DNA of 32,000 nucleotides from Erysipelotrichaceae bacterium (GTDB lineage Bacteria; Bacillota_I; Bacilli_A; Erysipelotrichales; Erysipelotrichaceae): NCBI GenBank assembly GCA_963676105.1, contig OY781039.1, positions 1,320,001 to 1,352,000 of the forward strand, read 5' to 3'. Shown piece by piece: positions 1 to 8,626 of this stretch (position 1 is its first letter; each line of letters starts with the position of its first letter). The notes under the pieces were generated by a model. It saw only the letters and a program-made list of their open reading frames with translations, ran no database searches and was not told where the DNA came from. The position numbers and the translations under genes were made by a program.

Positions 1-1
1 T

Positions 2-265
2 TTTTTGGAAGAATTAAACAATGACAAAGTTATTCACAAATATACTGATTCACATTTTAACAATCAAAACAGAGAATATGGCTATATATCTGAATCAAGA
101 ACACATCCATATAATCTTGTATACAAAATCAAAAATCATATTGAGAATCAGACAGACAATACAATTTATCTTAATCCAGAATTAGAATTATTCAAAATTA
201 AAGCAACGATGCCACTTCATCAATTGATGGCTATTTATGCACTGGGTAAACTTTTGTACAGTTAA
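2..265 (+). CDS. C-terminal end of a hypothetical protein truncated by the window edge
   Basis: The frame is open from the first bases to TAA at 263-265. It is on the same strand as the next gene and ends 50 nt upstream of it. No motif recognised. Confidence 0.4.
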   Translation, partial: FLEELNNDKVIHKYTDSHFNNQNREYGYISESRTHPYNLVYKIKNHIENQTDNTIYLNPELELFKIKATMPLHQLMAIYALGKLLYS

Positions 266-315
266 ATAATTTTTATATTATTTTTGATATAATCAACTAA
301 GGGGGTACTTAAATC

Positions 316-1686
316 ATGAATAGAGAGAATAGAATAGAACAAATAAAAAAAATTACTTCTAATGATGAGCTGAAATTTGGAAAAGAAGAAATTGTATGGG
401 AAGACTCACTGCAATCGATGGATGTTCGCAAAATTCCACTACAGTATTTGATTTACAACAAATATAATGGTCGTATTTTAACTCGAACTAAATCATTAGA
501 AGCACAAGGAAAAGTAATTGATGCAGAGACTGATACTGGGAAATTAATTATAGAAAAATTACTTTGGGAATCTAAACCGGAAAGAAACAAAACAACAAAA
601 AACGATTTAGAAAAATATGGTCAAAAAAGAATAGGAATTGTCACTGCTGATGGAATCATTATTGATGGTAACAGAAGAGCAATGTTACTAAATCAAATTG
701 ATAAATATGATTATTTCAAAGCAATAGTCTTACCTGTCAGATTAGATGAAAATCCTATTGAAATAGAAAAGCTTGAAACTTCTTATCAAATGGGTGAAGA
801 CGAAAAGCTTGGATACAATGCTAATGAAAAATATCTAAAAGCAAAAACCTTAAGGGAACGCGGGGTTCCAATCGACACAATAGCTAATTGGATGGGTGAA
901 TCAAAAAGTGAAATCGAAAAGTATTTACGTACTATGGAAATCATGGATGATTATCTCGACTTCTTTAGTTACAACAATATGTATACTCAACTAGATGGTC
1001 GTGAAGATTTATTTTTATCGGTCGAAAAATGGACGAATAATTTTTATGGTTCAAATTCCGCAAAGGCTTTTGATGGATATAGTGATAACGACGTTGATGA
1101 CCTAAAAGCAATTTGTTACGATTACATTAGATCTGATATAGATGGTAAAACTTTTAGAAATATTGCAGAAGGCAATCAATCATCACATGTTTTTGGAGAC
1201 CAAGAATTGTGGAGAGATTTTTCCGATAAACACTTTGAATTTATTCAAGAAATTAAAGATAGTGAATCAAAAATTGATTTAAATGTTCCAGATGTAGAGA
1301 AAAGTCTAAAAAGTAGAGATAACAAGTTCAAAGTAGACTCTTTAGACTATTTGCAAGAAAACCTTGATAATCAACGGAGTAGGCTTGCAAATAAAAAATA
1401 TAGAGATGAACCATCAAAATTGGTTTCTAAAGCACTAGATGCAATAGAAATTGCTTCTTCTAATAAAAACTTATCAAATCAAGAAACTGTTGATAAAATT
1501 GAAAAATTAAATACTATAACAACTAATCTACTTAAACAAAAGTCTATAACAAAATTACTTGATCATATTTACTCGCTATTAGATGGATTAGATTTTTCAG
1601 GTATTAATGATAATGATTTAGATGGAATTGAATCTAAATTAATATCAATACAAAAATTAGCATATAAATACTCGAAAGAAATCTAA
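316..1686 (+). CDS. ParB/Srx (ParB-like nuclease/NTPase) domain protein with a long uncharacterised C-terminal region
   Basis: RBS aaggggg lies upstream of the ATG. The N-terminal ~130 aa carry ParB-type boxes: VRKIPLQYLIYNKYNGRI and GIVTADGIIIDGNRRAMLL (DGxxR box). The remaining ~300 aa are helical/acidic with no motif I recognise. Confidence 0.6.
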   Translation: MNRENRIEQIKKITSNDELKFGKEEIVWEDSLQSMDVRKIPLQYLIYNKYNGRILTRTKSLEAQGKVIDAETDTGKLIIEKLLWESKPERNKTTKNDLEKYGQKRIGIVTADGIIIDGNRRAMLLNQIDKYDYFKAIVLPVRLDENPIEIEKLETSYQMGEDEKLGYNANEKYLKAKTLRERGVPIDTIANWMGESKSEIEKYLRTMEIMDDYLDFFSYNNMYTQLDGREDLFLSVEKWTNNFYGSNSAKAFDGYSDNDVDDLKAICYDYIRSDIDGKTFRNIAEGNQSSHVFGDQELWRDFSDKHFEFIQEIKDSESKIDLNVPDVEKSLKSRDNKFKVDSLDYLQENLDNQRSRLANKKYRDEPSKLVSKALDAIEIASSNKNLSNQETVDKIEKLNTITTNLLKQKSITKLLDHIYSLLDGLDFSGINDNDLDGIESKLISIQKLAYKYSKEI

Positions 1687-1688
1687 TA

Positions 1689-3671
1689 ATGATTGATTCA
1701 TTTTATACACTATCTTTAACAGAGGATTCATTTTTAAAAATTGAAGGTGAAACAGATATATTACTTAATAATCCTAGATTGAAGATTTCATTAGCTCGAT
1801 TGCACGCTAACTACGAAGATGATTACATTTTAATACCTGTTATCGATAATAATTCAGAGTATTTAATTAGAGAAATTTCACAATTGTTATTAAAGTTTAA
1901 TTACAAATCCAAGCTTGACTCTAGCATTGATGAAATATTAGATAATTTTAGAAACGAAATGGAAAATTTTGAAATTTTTTCTAAAAAAGCTTTGGATATC
2001 CGAAACAATGATTTTAGTAAATCAAAAGAAATTACCGAAGATTTTAGAGTATTTAAAAAAATTATTGATAATACTTTATATAGAACTTTATATAATATGC
2101 AATTACTTTCTGCTTTTCATATTGCGTTTGCTCAAAATGCATGTAATTTTGCAGTACCTGGTTCAGGTAAGACATCTATAGTTTATGCTGCTTTTTCGTA
2201 TTTAAAATCCCTGCCTAAAAATGATATAAAACATGTAGACAAAATATTAGTAGTAGGTCCACTTTCTTCATTTGCACCCTGGGAGAATGAATATTATGAG
2301 TGCTTTAATTATCAAGTTGATTCTCAACGATTATCTGGTGATTCTTCGATTTCGCTTATAGATAAAGAAAATCACCTTTACTCATCAACCCCAAAAACAT
2401 TAACGTTAGTTTCACACGCAGGAATGAATGTACTTCAAGATAAAATTATCGATTTTCTAAAACAAAATAAAACGCTTTTGGTAATAGATGAAGCCCATCG
2501 CATTAAAAATGTTGATGGTCAATGGGGTAAAGCTGCTATTGAAATATCAAAATACGCAAAATCTAGAGTTATTCTAACAGGGACGCCTATACCAAATGGT
2601 TACGAAGATATTTATAATTTATTTAAATTTATTTATCCATATAAATATAAAGAAATATTAAAAATTAGCTATGCACAATTAAAAAATCTAACGACCTCAA
2701 ATGCTGACATTAAAAATCCTAGAGTTTTTCAATTATATGAAAACATAAAACCATTTTTTTTGAGAATAAAAAAATCAGATTTATCACTACCACCAGTCAA
2801 CAACCAAAAAATTTATGTTGAAATGGATGATATACAGGAAAAAATTTATTCACGATTATTAGATACATACTCAGATTTCTATAAATCTGTTAATTCTGGA
2901 TCAAGGAACAGATATCAAGCAAGCGCAAAATTAATGAGACTTCGACAAGCTTCAATTAATCCAAAACTTCTTCTTAAACCGTTGTCAGAAAATCTAGAAT
3001 TTATGGGTGAGGATTTTAATGATGATCAATTAAATATTACGGCGTTTGAAGAAATACTTGAAGATAACGAAATCTTAAAGTTAATATTTTCTTATAAAGA
3101 TTTCATCCCCAGAAAATTTACTGAAGCATTGAGAATTTATAAAGATAAAGTAGAAACTATAAATGAGAAAATTATAATCTGGACAATTTTTATACAAAAT
3201 GCTGAGGAAATTAAAGATTATTTTGAGTCTAATAATATTGCCACTCGATTATTAATAGGAAGTGTTCCGCAATCAGAACGAGAAGCAATTATTGAAAAAT
3301 TTAACAACCCCAATAATCATGATTTTTCTGTAGTAATCGCTAACCCGTTTTCAGTATCTGAATCAATTTCACTGCACAAAGGTTGTCATAATGCTCTATA
3401 TTTAGAAAGAGATTATAATGCTTCAAATTTTATTCAATCCAAAGATAGAATTCATAGAGTAGGTCTTAATCCAGATACAATCACTAATTACTATTATTTG
3501 ATTACAAAGGATTCTGTTGATTATAGACTTGATAACAAGTTAGATATGAAAGTCGAACGCATGGAAAAGTTAATAAATAACGATATACCTCTTTTCGTTC
3601 GTTTAAATTCTTTCAATGAGGATGATATTGTTGATATCATATTAAGAGAGTATGCTGAACGATCTAAGTAA
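1689..3671 (+). CDS. SNF2-family (DEAD/DEAH-like) helicase/translocase
   Basis: Motif I AVPGSGKTS, motif II LLVIDEAHRIKN, motif III ILTGTPIPNG, motif VI QSKDRIHRVGL. The ATG is 3 nt after the upstream stop codon. Confidence 0.85.
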   Translation: MIDSFYTLSLTEDSFLKIEGETDILLNNPRLKISLARLHANYEDDYILIPVIDNNSEYLIREISQLLLKFNYKSKLDSSIDEILDNFRNEMENFEIFSKKALDIRNNDFSKSKEITEDFRVFKKIIDNTLYRTLYNMQLLSAFHIAFAQNACNFAVPGSGKTSIVYAAFSYLKSLPKNDIKHVDKILVVGPLSSFAPWENEYYECFNYQVDSQRLSGDSSISLIDKENHLYSSTPKTLTLVSHAGMNVLQDKIIDFLKQNKTLLVIDEAHRIKNVDGQWGKAAIEISKYAKSRVILTGTPIPNGYEDIYNLFKFIYPYKYKEILKISYAQLKNLTTSNADIKNPRVFQLYENIKPFFLRIKKSDLSLPPVNNQKIYVEMDDIQEKIYSRLLDTYSDFYKSVNSGSRNRYQASAKLMRLRQASINPKLLLKPLSENLEFMGEDFNDDQLNITAFEEILEDNEILKLIFSYKDFIPRKFTEALRIYKDKVETINEKIIIWTIFIQNAEEIKDYFESNNIATRLLIGSVPQSEREAIIEKFNNPNNHDFSVVIANPFSVSESISLHKGCHNALYLERDYNASNFIQSKDRIHRVGLNPDTITNYYYLITKDSVDYRLDNKLDMKVERMEKLINNDIPLFVRLNSFNEDDIVDIILREYAERSK

Positions 3672-4638
3672 ATTTTATTGCCTTGGAACAGTTCAATACT
3701 ACCAAGAACTGATATTACTAATAGATATTCATTCAGATTCAAATTGGGATATTGAAAATATTAACAGTTATTTTTATAATCGAAAATTTGATAATAAAGA
3801 CTATATTGATGGCGGTATTTATTTTTTATTATATATAGAGGCTATTATATTAAAAAATAATAAGTTATCGCTATCTAAAACATTTATTGAATTTAACAGC
3901 CAAAAACGAGATTTTAATTCTATATTAATATCTCTATTTTTGCGTAAAGTTTCTCAAGAAAAAAATGATTATTTAAAAATTTTTAATTCAGAAAACTTTC
4001 GCTTTAATATCGATTTCAATAAAATAGAGATTACAAAAAATGCATTTGGTTTAAAACATATGAATTTATTTGAAATTTTAACTGCTACTGATTTTCTAAT
4101 AGTAGAAGAAAATTTCAACAAAGAATTTATTTTCATCAATAATATATATAAAGAATCTTTCATCAAAATTATGGGTCTAAACATTAGAAAACATCACCTT
4201 AGCCCTGAAATGTTAGCTGAAATAAATAATTTGAAAGTTCAAAATGGTATTGTTGGCGAAGAGTTTGTACTAAAATATGAAAATAGCTTATTAGATTCTA
4301 GTCGGAAAGCTGAATGGGTTGCTATGTATGATTGTTCTGCTGGTTATGATATACTTTCCTACTATAGCTATGATTCTATAACTTTTGATAAATACATAGA
4401 AGTTAAAACTTACTCTGGTTCTCATCCTAGTTTTTATTGGACAAAAAATGAGATTAGAGAAGCTAAGATTAAAGGTGAGAAATATTTTTTATATTTAGTT
4501 AATATTAACAAAATATCAGATGAAAAATATATTCCATATATTATTAATAATCCAATCAACAACGTTCTTAATAACGATAATTGGTTTAAAGAAATCGACA
4601 CTTACTATATAACTTACCCACAAATTGTCGATAATTAA
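3652..4638 (+). CDS. DUF3883-like PD-(D/E)xK nuclease-fold protein (C-terminal domain); N-terminal domain unknown
   Basis: The C-terminus reads GEEFVLKYE...AGYDILSY...YIEVKTY...FYWTKNEIREA...KYFLYLV. This is the D...E-x-K layout typical of DUF3883/NO VEIN-C domains. The ATG overlaps the helicase 3' end by 20 nt. Confidence 0.55.
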   Translation: MLNDLSKFYCLGTVQYYQELILLIDIHSDSNWDIENINSYFYNRKFDNKDYIDGGIYFLLYIEAIILKNNKLSLSKTFIEFNSQKRDFNSILISLFLRKVSQEKNDYLKIFNSENFRFNIDFNKIEITKNAFGLKHMNLFEILTATDFLIVEENFNKEFIFINNIYKESFIKIMGLNIRKHHLSPEMLAEINNLKVQNGIVGEEFVLKYENSLLDSSRKAEWVAMYDCSAGYDILSYYSYDSITFDKYIEVKTYSGSHPSFYWTKNEIREAKIKGEKYFLYLVNINKISDEKYIPYIINNPINNVLNNDNWFKEIDTYYITYPQIVDN

Positions 4639-4643
4639 AAAAA

Positions 4644-4970
4644 TCAATTTTCTTCTATGCTCACTAAAAATATTTGTTTATCAAACTTACCATTCTTAAT
4701 TGCTTTTAATGCTTGTGCCATATTTACATCTGTTTGTGTAATAAGATAAGTTTCTTTAATCTTATCCATAACTTCTTGAAGATCAGCTAATTCTTGGATA
4801 ACAGTAGCTTTATCTTGTGCTTTAACTACTTCTCTTGCTTCTTCTACTAGTTTCTCTTTTAAAGCAACTAAAAAAGTTGCATCATCTAGACTTATAAATT
4901 CAGCATTCTTATTATCTTTCGCAATAATGTCGGGTATATTATCTCTTACTAATTTCTTATAGATTTTCAT
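4644..4970 (-). CDS. MazG-like / PRA-PH-like all-alpha NTP pyrophosphohydrolase
   Basis: N-terminal KLVRDNIPDII and central EEAREV...QELADLQEVMDKI acidic helices are typical of the small MazG/PRA-PH house-cleaning family. The start overlaps the upstream gene by 14 nt. Confidence 0.6.
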   Translation of the reverse strand: MKIYKKLVRDNIPDIIAKDNKNAEFISLDDATFLVALKEKLVEEAREVVKAQDKATVIQELADLQEVMDKIKETYLITQTDVNMAQALKAIKNGKFDKQIFLVSIEEN

Positions 4971-5676
4971 AATTTGATCTTTTAATTAAATTATATAAAT
5001 TTGCTAAATCATATAATGTTAATATTTTTAATGTTTTCCCTCCGTTAATTTTTGTTAATAACGCTTTTAAAGGTTGTCCATTCTTAGACGATTCCTCAAA
5101 TATACTGATTACATCGTAAATAGTTTTACTTCTATCAATAACTTTATACTCTAACAATCCCTCAGATTCATTAATAACTTCAAGGACTTTACTATTTTCA
5201 AAACTTTCATTGTTTTCTATCTTTTTATCTAGCCATCTTGCAAAAGTTTCAAGAGTTAAAAGATTAGTAATTTCATTATTTTTTACAACTGGTATTTGTG
5301 AAAAGTTATAATTATGCATCTTATTCAAAATTAATAATGCATTGTCAGTTTCACTGCATAACAATAATACTTTCTTTGCATAGTCTTCTGCTTTAGAAGG
5401 TTTTGTTAATTGGTTATAGATATATTTAATTAACTTGATAGTATCGTCGTGTGGCTCGGCAATAAAAATCCCACTTTTTGTATGGATAATTGCATTTCTT
5501 AATGTATTGATATTGATTAGATCATCTTTAAAATTCTTAACGATATTACTCATAGTTTCTGCTTTACTTATCATTTCAGGAAATGGTATATTTCTTCCAC
5601 TTCCTGTCATTTTTCTTATAAAGTCATCTAATTCATTGTAATTGTTTTTAAAATTTTCTTGCTTATTTGTAATCAT
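4957..5676 (-). CDS. HEPN-like N-terminal domain fused to a CBS-domain pair
   Basis: The N-terminal ~100 aa contain NTLRNAIIHT, an R-x4-H HEPN-type motif. The C-terminal half has CBS-like strands (NFSQIPVVKNNEITNLLT, KALLTKINGGKTLKILTLYDL). Start moved to the ATG at 5676, which is preceded by gaggtg. The track's TTG start at 5688 sits inside that RBS. Confidence 0.45.
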   Translation of the reverse strand: MITNKQENFKNNYNELDDFIRKMTGSGRNIPFPEMISKAETMSNIVKNFKDDLININTLRNAIIHTKSGIFIAEPHDDTIKLIKYIYNQLTKPSKAEDYAKKVLLLCSETDNALLILNKMHNYNFSQIPVVKNNEITNLLTLETFARWLDKKIENNESFENSKVLEVINESEGLLEYKVIDRSKTIYDVISIFEESSKNGQPLKALLTKINGGKTLKILTLYDLANLYNLIKRSNYENL

Positions 5677-5867
5677 TTTGCACCTCAATATTAATATTAG
5701 TATACTTCAAACAAAAATATCTTTATGTAATAAAGATGTACATTTGCATAAAAAGTGTGTTTTTTAGTGTCATGTCTAAATTTCACTCGATAGTATGCTA
5801 AATAGATTCAATCGCAAAGCTTTGTGCATCTAGTTAGTTTAGCAACTATCGTTTTTTAAACTTGTAC

Positions 5868-6374
5868 TTAATCCTTTGAAATTGCTTTTAGTACTTCTAA
5901 TTCTCTTTTTAACCAGTGAGTGCTAATATTTGCATTATTCTTCAGCAATTGATCATTTTCAAATATTGCTTGATCAATATTTATCCATATAGGTTTGAAG
6001 TCTAAATCCTGTTCATAGTCATCTAATTTTTGTTCTTCATGTTCATTTGATATCTCACATAAATAATAATCAGATATCATTTGAAAAATTTGATTTTCAT
6101 CATATCTATCGATATGGCTTTCAATGACTTGACCTAACTTATGTTTAACATCCTTTAATCGATAACCTGTTTCTTCTAAGGCTTCTCGTTTTAATGCTTC
6201 TTCGTGCGACTCATTAGCTTCAATTCCACCACCAGGAAATTTATAATCTCCCTCATTTGTTTTGATCATAAATAAGTTATTGTCATTAATAATTACTGCT
6301 CTGACGGCTTTTCTTAGTAATACTTTTTTTGTATCGAATTCTTTTTCTTCTAAACCAAATTTTAAATCAAACAT
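5868..6374 (-). CDS. NUDIX hydrolase
   Basis: Complete Nudix box GGGIEANESHEEALKREALEETGY (Gx5Ex7REUxEExGU). Only 12 nt downstream of the lipoprotein gene, with RBS ggggg. Confidence 0.85.
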   Translation of the reverse strand: MFDLKFGLEEKEFDTKKVLLRKAVRAVIINDNNLFMIKTNEGDYKFPGGGIEANESHEEALKREALEETGYRLKDVKHKLGQVIESHIDRYDENQIFQMISDYYLCEISNEHEEQKLDDYEQDLDFKPIWINIDQAIFENDQLLKNNANISTHWLKRELEVLKAISKD

Positions 6375-6386
6375 ATATCATTCCCC

Positions 6387-7301
6387 CTAATTCACATCAA
6401 ACACAAAGTTAGCTAAATCCATGTATTCTTCATAGCTAAGAGTTGTATCTGATGAATCATCAAAGCTATGATCAAGTTCTAAATCTTCTTTAGTTAATGC
6501 AAAGTAATAATAGTAATCTGGATCATTGGTGTCATCTTCATAAGTGATGTCAAAGAATGTCCATTCATTGTCGTAATAAACCATGTTCCAAGCATGATCA
6601 TCTATTTCAGAACTTATCACAATACTTGGTATATCAATATCTTTTAAAGCTGCTTCAAAGGCTAATGAGTAACCGTGACATACAGCTATGTTATTTATAA
6701 GTGCTCCATAGGCTGTAAATGAATCAGATGTTCTATCTATATCATTAATCGCATTATCATCATAGCTAATCGATTGTAGTAGGTCTTCATAGATGTACTC
6801 TACTTGAGCATCTTTAGGATAGTAGCTACTAAGATATGGATAAGTTAGTTTATCAATAGCTTTATTGACTTCATGGATATCATCAAAGTCATAGATGAGA
6901 TCAGCTTCATAATAGATTTCACCATTTTCTTGTTCATAATAGTAATCTTCCCACCATATTTCATAAGGTGATAAAGCTAAGGTATATAGATACACTTTAT
7001 TGATATCAAGATCATTATCACTTCTATAGTAGAGATTATAATATCCTTCATCATAGAACTGAGTAATAAGTAATGCGAGTTCTTTTTCATCTTCAATGAT
7101 ATAAACTTCGATATCCTCATCTTCTGCTTCATCCCAAATATCGATAATGACATTACCATCATAATAATCATCTTCATTAACCCAATATTCACCAGGAAAT
7201 AAATCACTTGTTTCAACAACAGTCTGTGCTTCTGATTCACTTACACTACTACAACTACTCAGTAATAAAACTATCATTAAATATACTAATATTTTTCTCA
7301 T
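6387..7301 (-). CDS. Lipoprotein with transglutaminase-like cysteine protease core
   Basis: Signal peptide with lipobox LLLSSC. Cys-His-Asp core elements CHGYSLAF...DDHAWNMVYY...FFDIT. Acidic, Tyr-rich N-terminal region. Start taken at the ATG at 7301 after aggtgg. Confidence 0.7.
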   Translation of the reverse strand: MRKILVYLMIVLLLSSCSSVSESEAQTVVETSDLFPGEYWVNEDDYYDGNVIIDIWDEAEDEDIEVYIIEDEKELALLITQFYDEGYYNLYYRSDNDLDINKVYLYTLALSPYEIWWEDYYYEQENGEIYYEADLIYDFDDIHEVNKAIDKLTYPYLSSYYPKDAQVEYIYEDLLQSISYDDNAINDIDRTSDSFTAYGALINNIAVCHGYSLAFEAALKDIDIPSIVISSEIDDHAWNMVYYDNEWTFFDITYEDDTNDPDYYYYFALTKEDLELDHSFDDSSDTTLSYEEYMDLANFVFDVN

Positions 7302-7446
7302 AACAACCACCTACATCTATTCTATTCTAATTGCCTTTATATTTAGGAATAACTTGTTTGAGTGAATATAAATAAATTGTAGGCAAGTGCTTAAACTTGT
7401 TGACAAGTTTGTGGCCACTCCAACTTGTAGATTGGAGGTGATAGCT

Positions 7447-7533
7447 ATGAATGATTTCATACAAGTTATGATCTTAATCATTTCAATCGCAGATCTAATC
7501 GCTTTTATCTTAATCTCTAAGAAAAAACATTAA
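7447..7533 (+). CDS. 28-aa hydrophobic peptide MNDFIQVMILIISIADLIAFILISKKKH, type I toxin-like (module A)
   Basis: SD ggaggtg lies 7 nt upstream of the ATG. The peptide has one hydrophobic helix and a Lys-rich tail. It is one of seven paralogous copies in the window, which differ largely by synonymous or conservative changes. Below the ORF-track size cut-off. Confidence 0.7.
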   Translation: MNDFIQVMILIISIADLIAFILISKKKH

Positions 7534-7539
7534 GTCGAA

Positions 7540-7611
7540 ATAAAAACACTCTTTCTCAATTTTCCAGCGAGTAGAGTGTTTTCCTTTAGAGGTGCACTTT
7601 AGACACTTCTT
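7540..7611 (-). ncRNA. Convergent small RNA of module A (candidate antitoxin sRNA); ends approximate
   Basis: Minus-strand promoter TTAGGA (7642-7647 on plus) - N18 - TGgTATACAAT. The transcript would run into the hairpin aaacactct...agagtgttt + U-run that is shared with the toxin 3' end. It contains CACCTCT, complementary to the toxin SD GGAGGTG. Confidence 0.5.
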
Positions 7612-7664
7612 ACACCTATTGTATACCACTAATGATGATAGTCCTAAGATATTAAGATTAATGA

Positions 7665-8552
7665 CTATTTTGCTTCATTTGGATCTGAAATGATGCCTGT
7701 GGAAACATACTGTTTTGTTTCCCATGCCTTACCTGCACTACCAAAAGTTTTCATATAATGCATAGCAGTTTCTTTGTAGCCTTTTTCAAGCATTGGAAAC
7801 ATCATATAAATCTTATTGCCTTCCATGCCAAATTCTTGAATCTTATCATATGCGCCTCGGAATAAGTCATTGGCAATATTAACTTTACAGATACCTTTTG
7901 TACAAGCTTTAGCTAGGTTGTCATCACCAGTACCAGAACCACCATGAAGAACAAGTGGAACGGATACTTTTTCAGATAGTTCTTCTAATAATTCAAATCT
8001 TAACTTTGGAGTTCCTTTATAAACACCATGAGCTGATCCAATCGCAACAGCTAAACAATCAACACCTGTTTCTTCGACATATCTAATGGCATCTTCAACA
8101 CGTGTTAAAGCTGTATTTCCATCAACACTGTAGTTTTCACCTACACCAACATGTCCAAGTTCTGCTTCTACGCCAACACCTGCTGCATGAGCTATTCTAA
8201 CGAGTTCCTTAACTTGTGCAATGTTTTCTTCTAAAGGTAGCGTCGAGCGATCAACCATGATCGTATTAAAGCCAACACTGATACCTTTAATCGCATCTTC
8301 AAAAGTATCACTATGATCAATAATAATGGCTGTAGGGATATGAGATGTTGTTGCCATATCATTTAAGATACGTGCAAATCTTTTCATATCTGGATTATGA
8401 CCATAACCACATAAAAGAATTAATGGTGAATTCATTTCTTCAGCGGCTTCAAAACAAGCTCGTGCTGTCATTTCATTTAAGGCAGCTAAGGCTGGTACAC
8501 CATATTTTCCTTCTTTTGCTTTTACTAAAATTTCTTTCATTGAAACTAACAT
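7665..8552 (-). CDS. Class II ketose-bisphosphate aldolase (fructose/tagatose-bisphosphate aldolase family)
   Basis: N-terminus MKEILVKAKEGKYGVPALAALN, metal/His regions IIDHSD, ELGHVG, LVLHGGSGT. Confidence 0.85.
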   Translation of the reverse strand: MLVSMKEILVKAKEGKYGVPALAALNEMTARACFEAAEEMNSPLILLCGYGHNPDMKRFARILNDMATTSHIPTAIIIDHSDTFEDAIKGISVGFNTIMVDRSTLPLEENIAQVKELVRIAHAAGVGVEAELGHVGVGENYSVDGNTALTRVEDAIRYVEETGVDCLAVAIGSAHGVYKGTPKLRFELLEELSEKVSVPLVLHGGSGTGDDNLAKACTKGICKVNIANDLFRGAYDKIQEFGMEGNKIYMMFPMLEKGYKETAMHYMKTFGSAGKAWETKQYVSTGIISDPNEAK

Positions 8553-8626
8553 ATTTCCCTCTCACACTGAACCTTTATAAATGGTTCATTTTCTATTCAT
8601 CTTTTGATGACCTATTTTGAATATAA

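Noticed and set aside
5868-6374. NUDIX hydrolase as a third member of the HEPN/MazG module
   Set aside because: It is only 12 nt downstream of the lipoprotein gene and has its own RBS, so it is probably co-transcribed with that gene. A ~190-nt gap containing a promoter-like region separates it from the HEPN gene. The association cannot be supported from the sequence alone.
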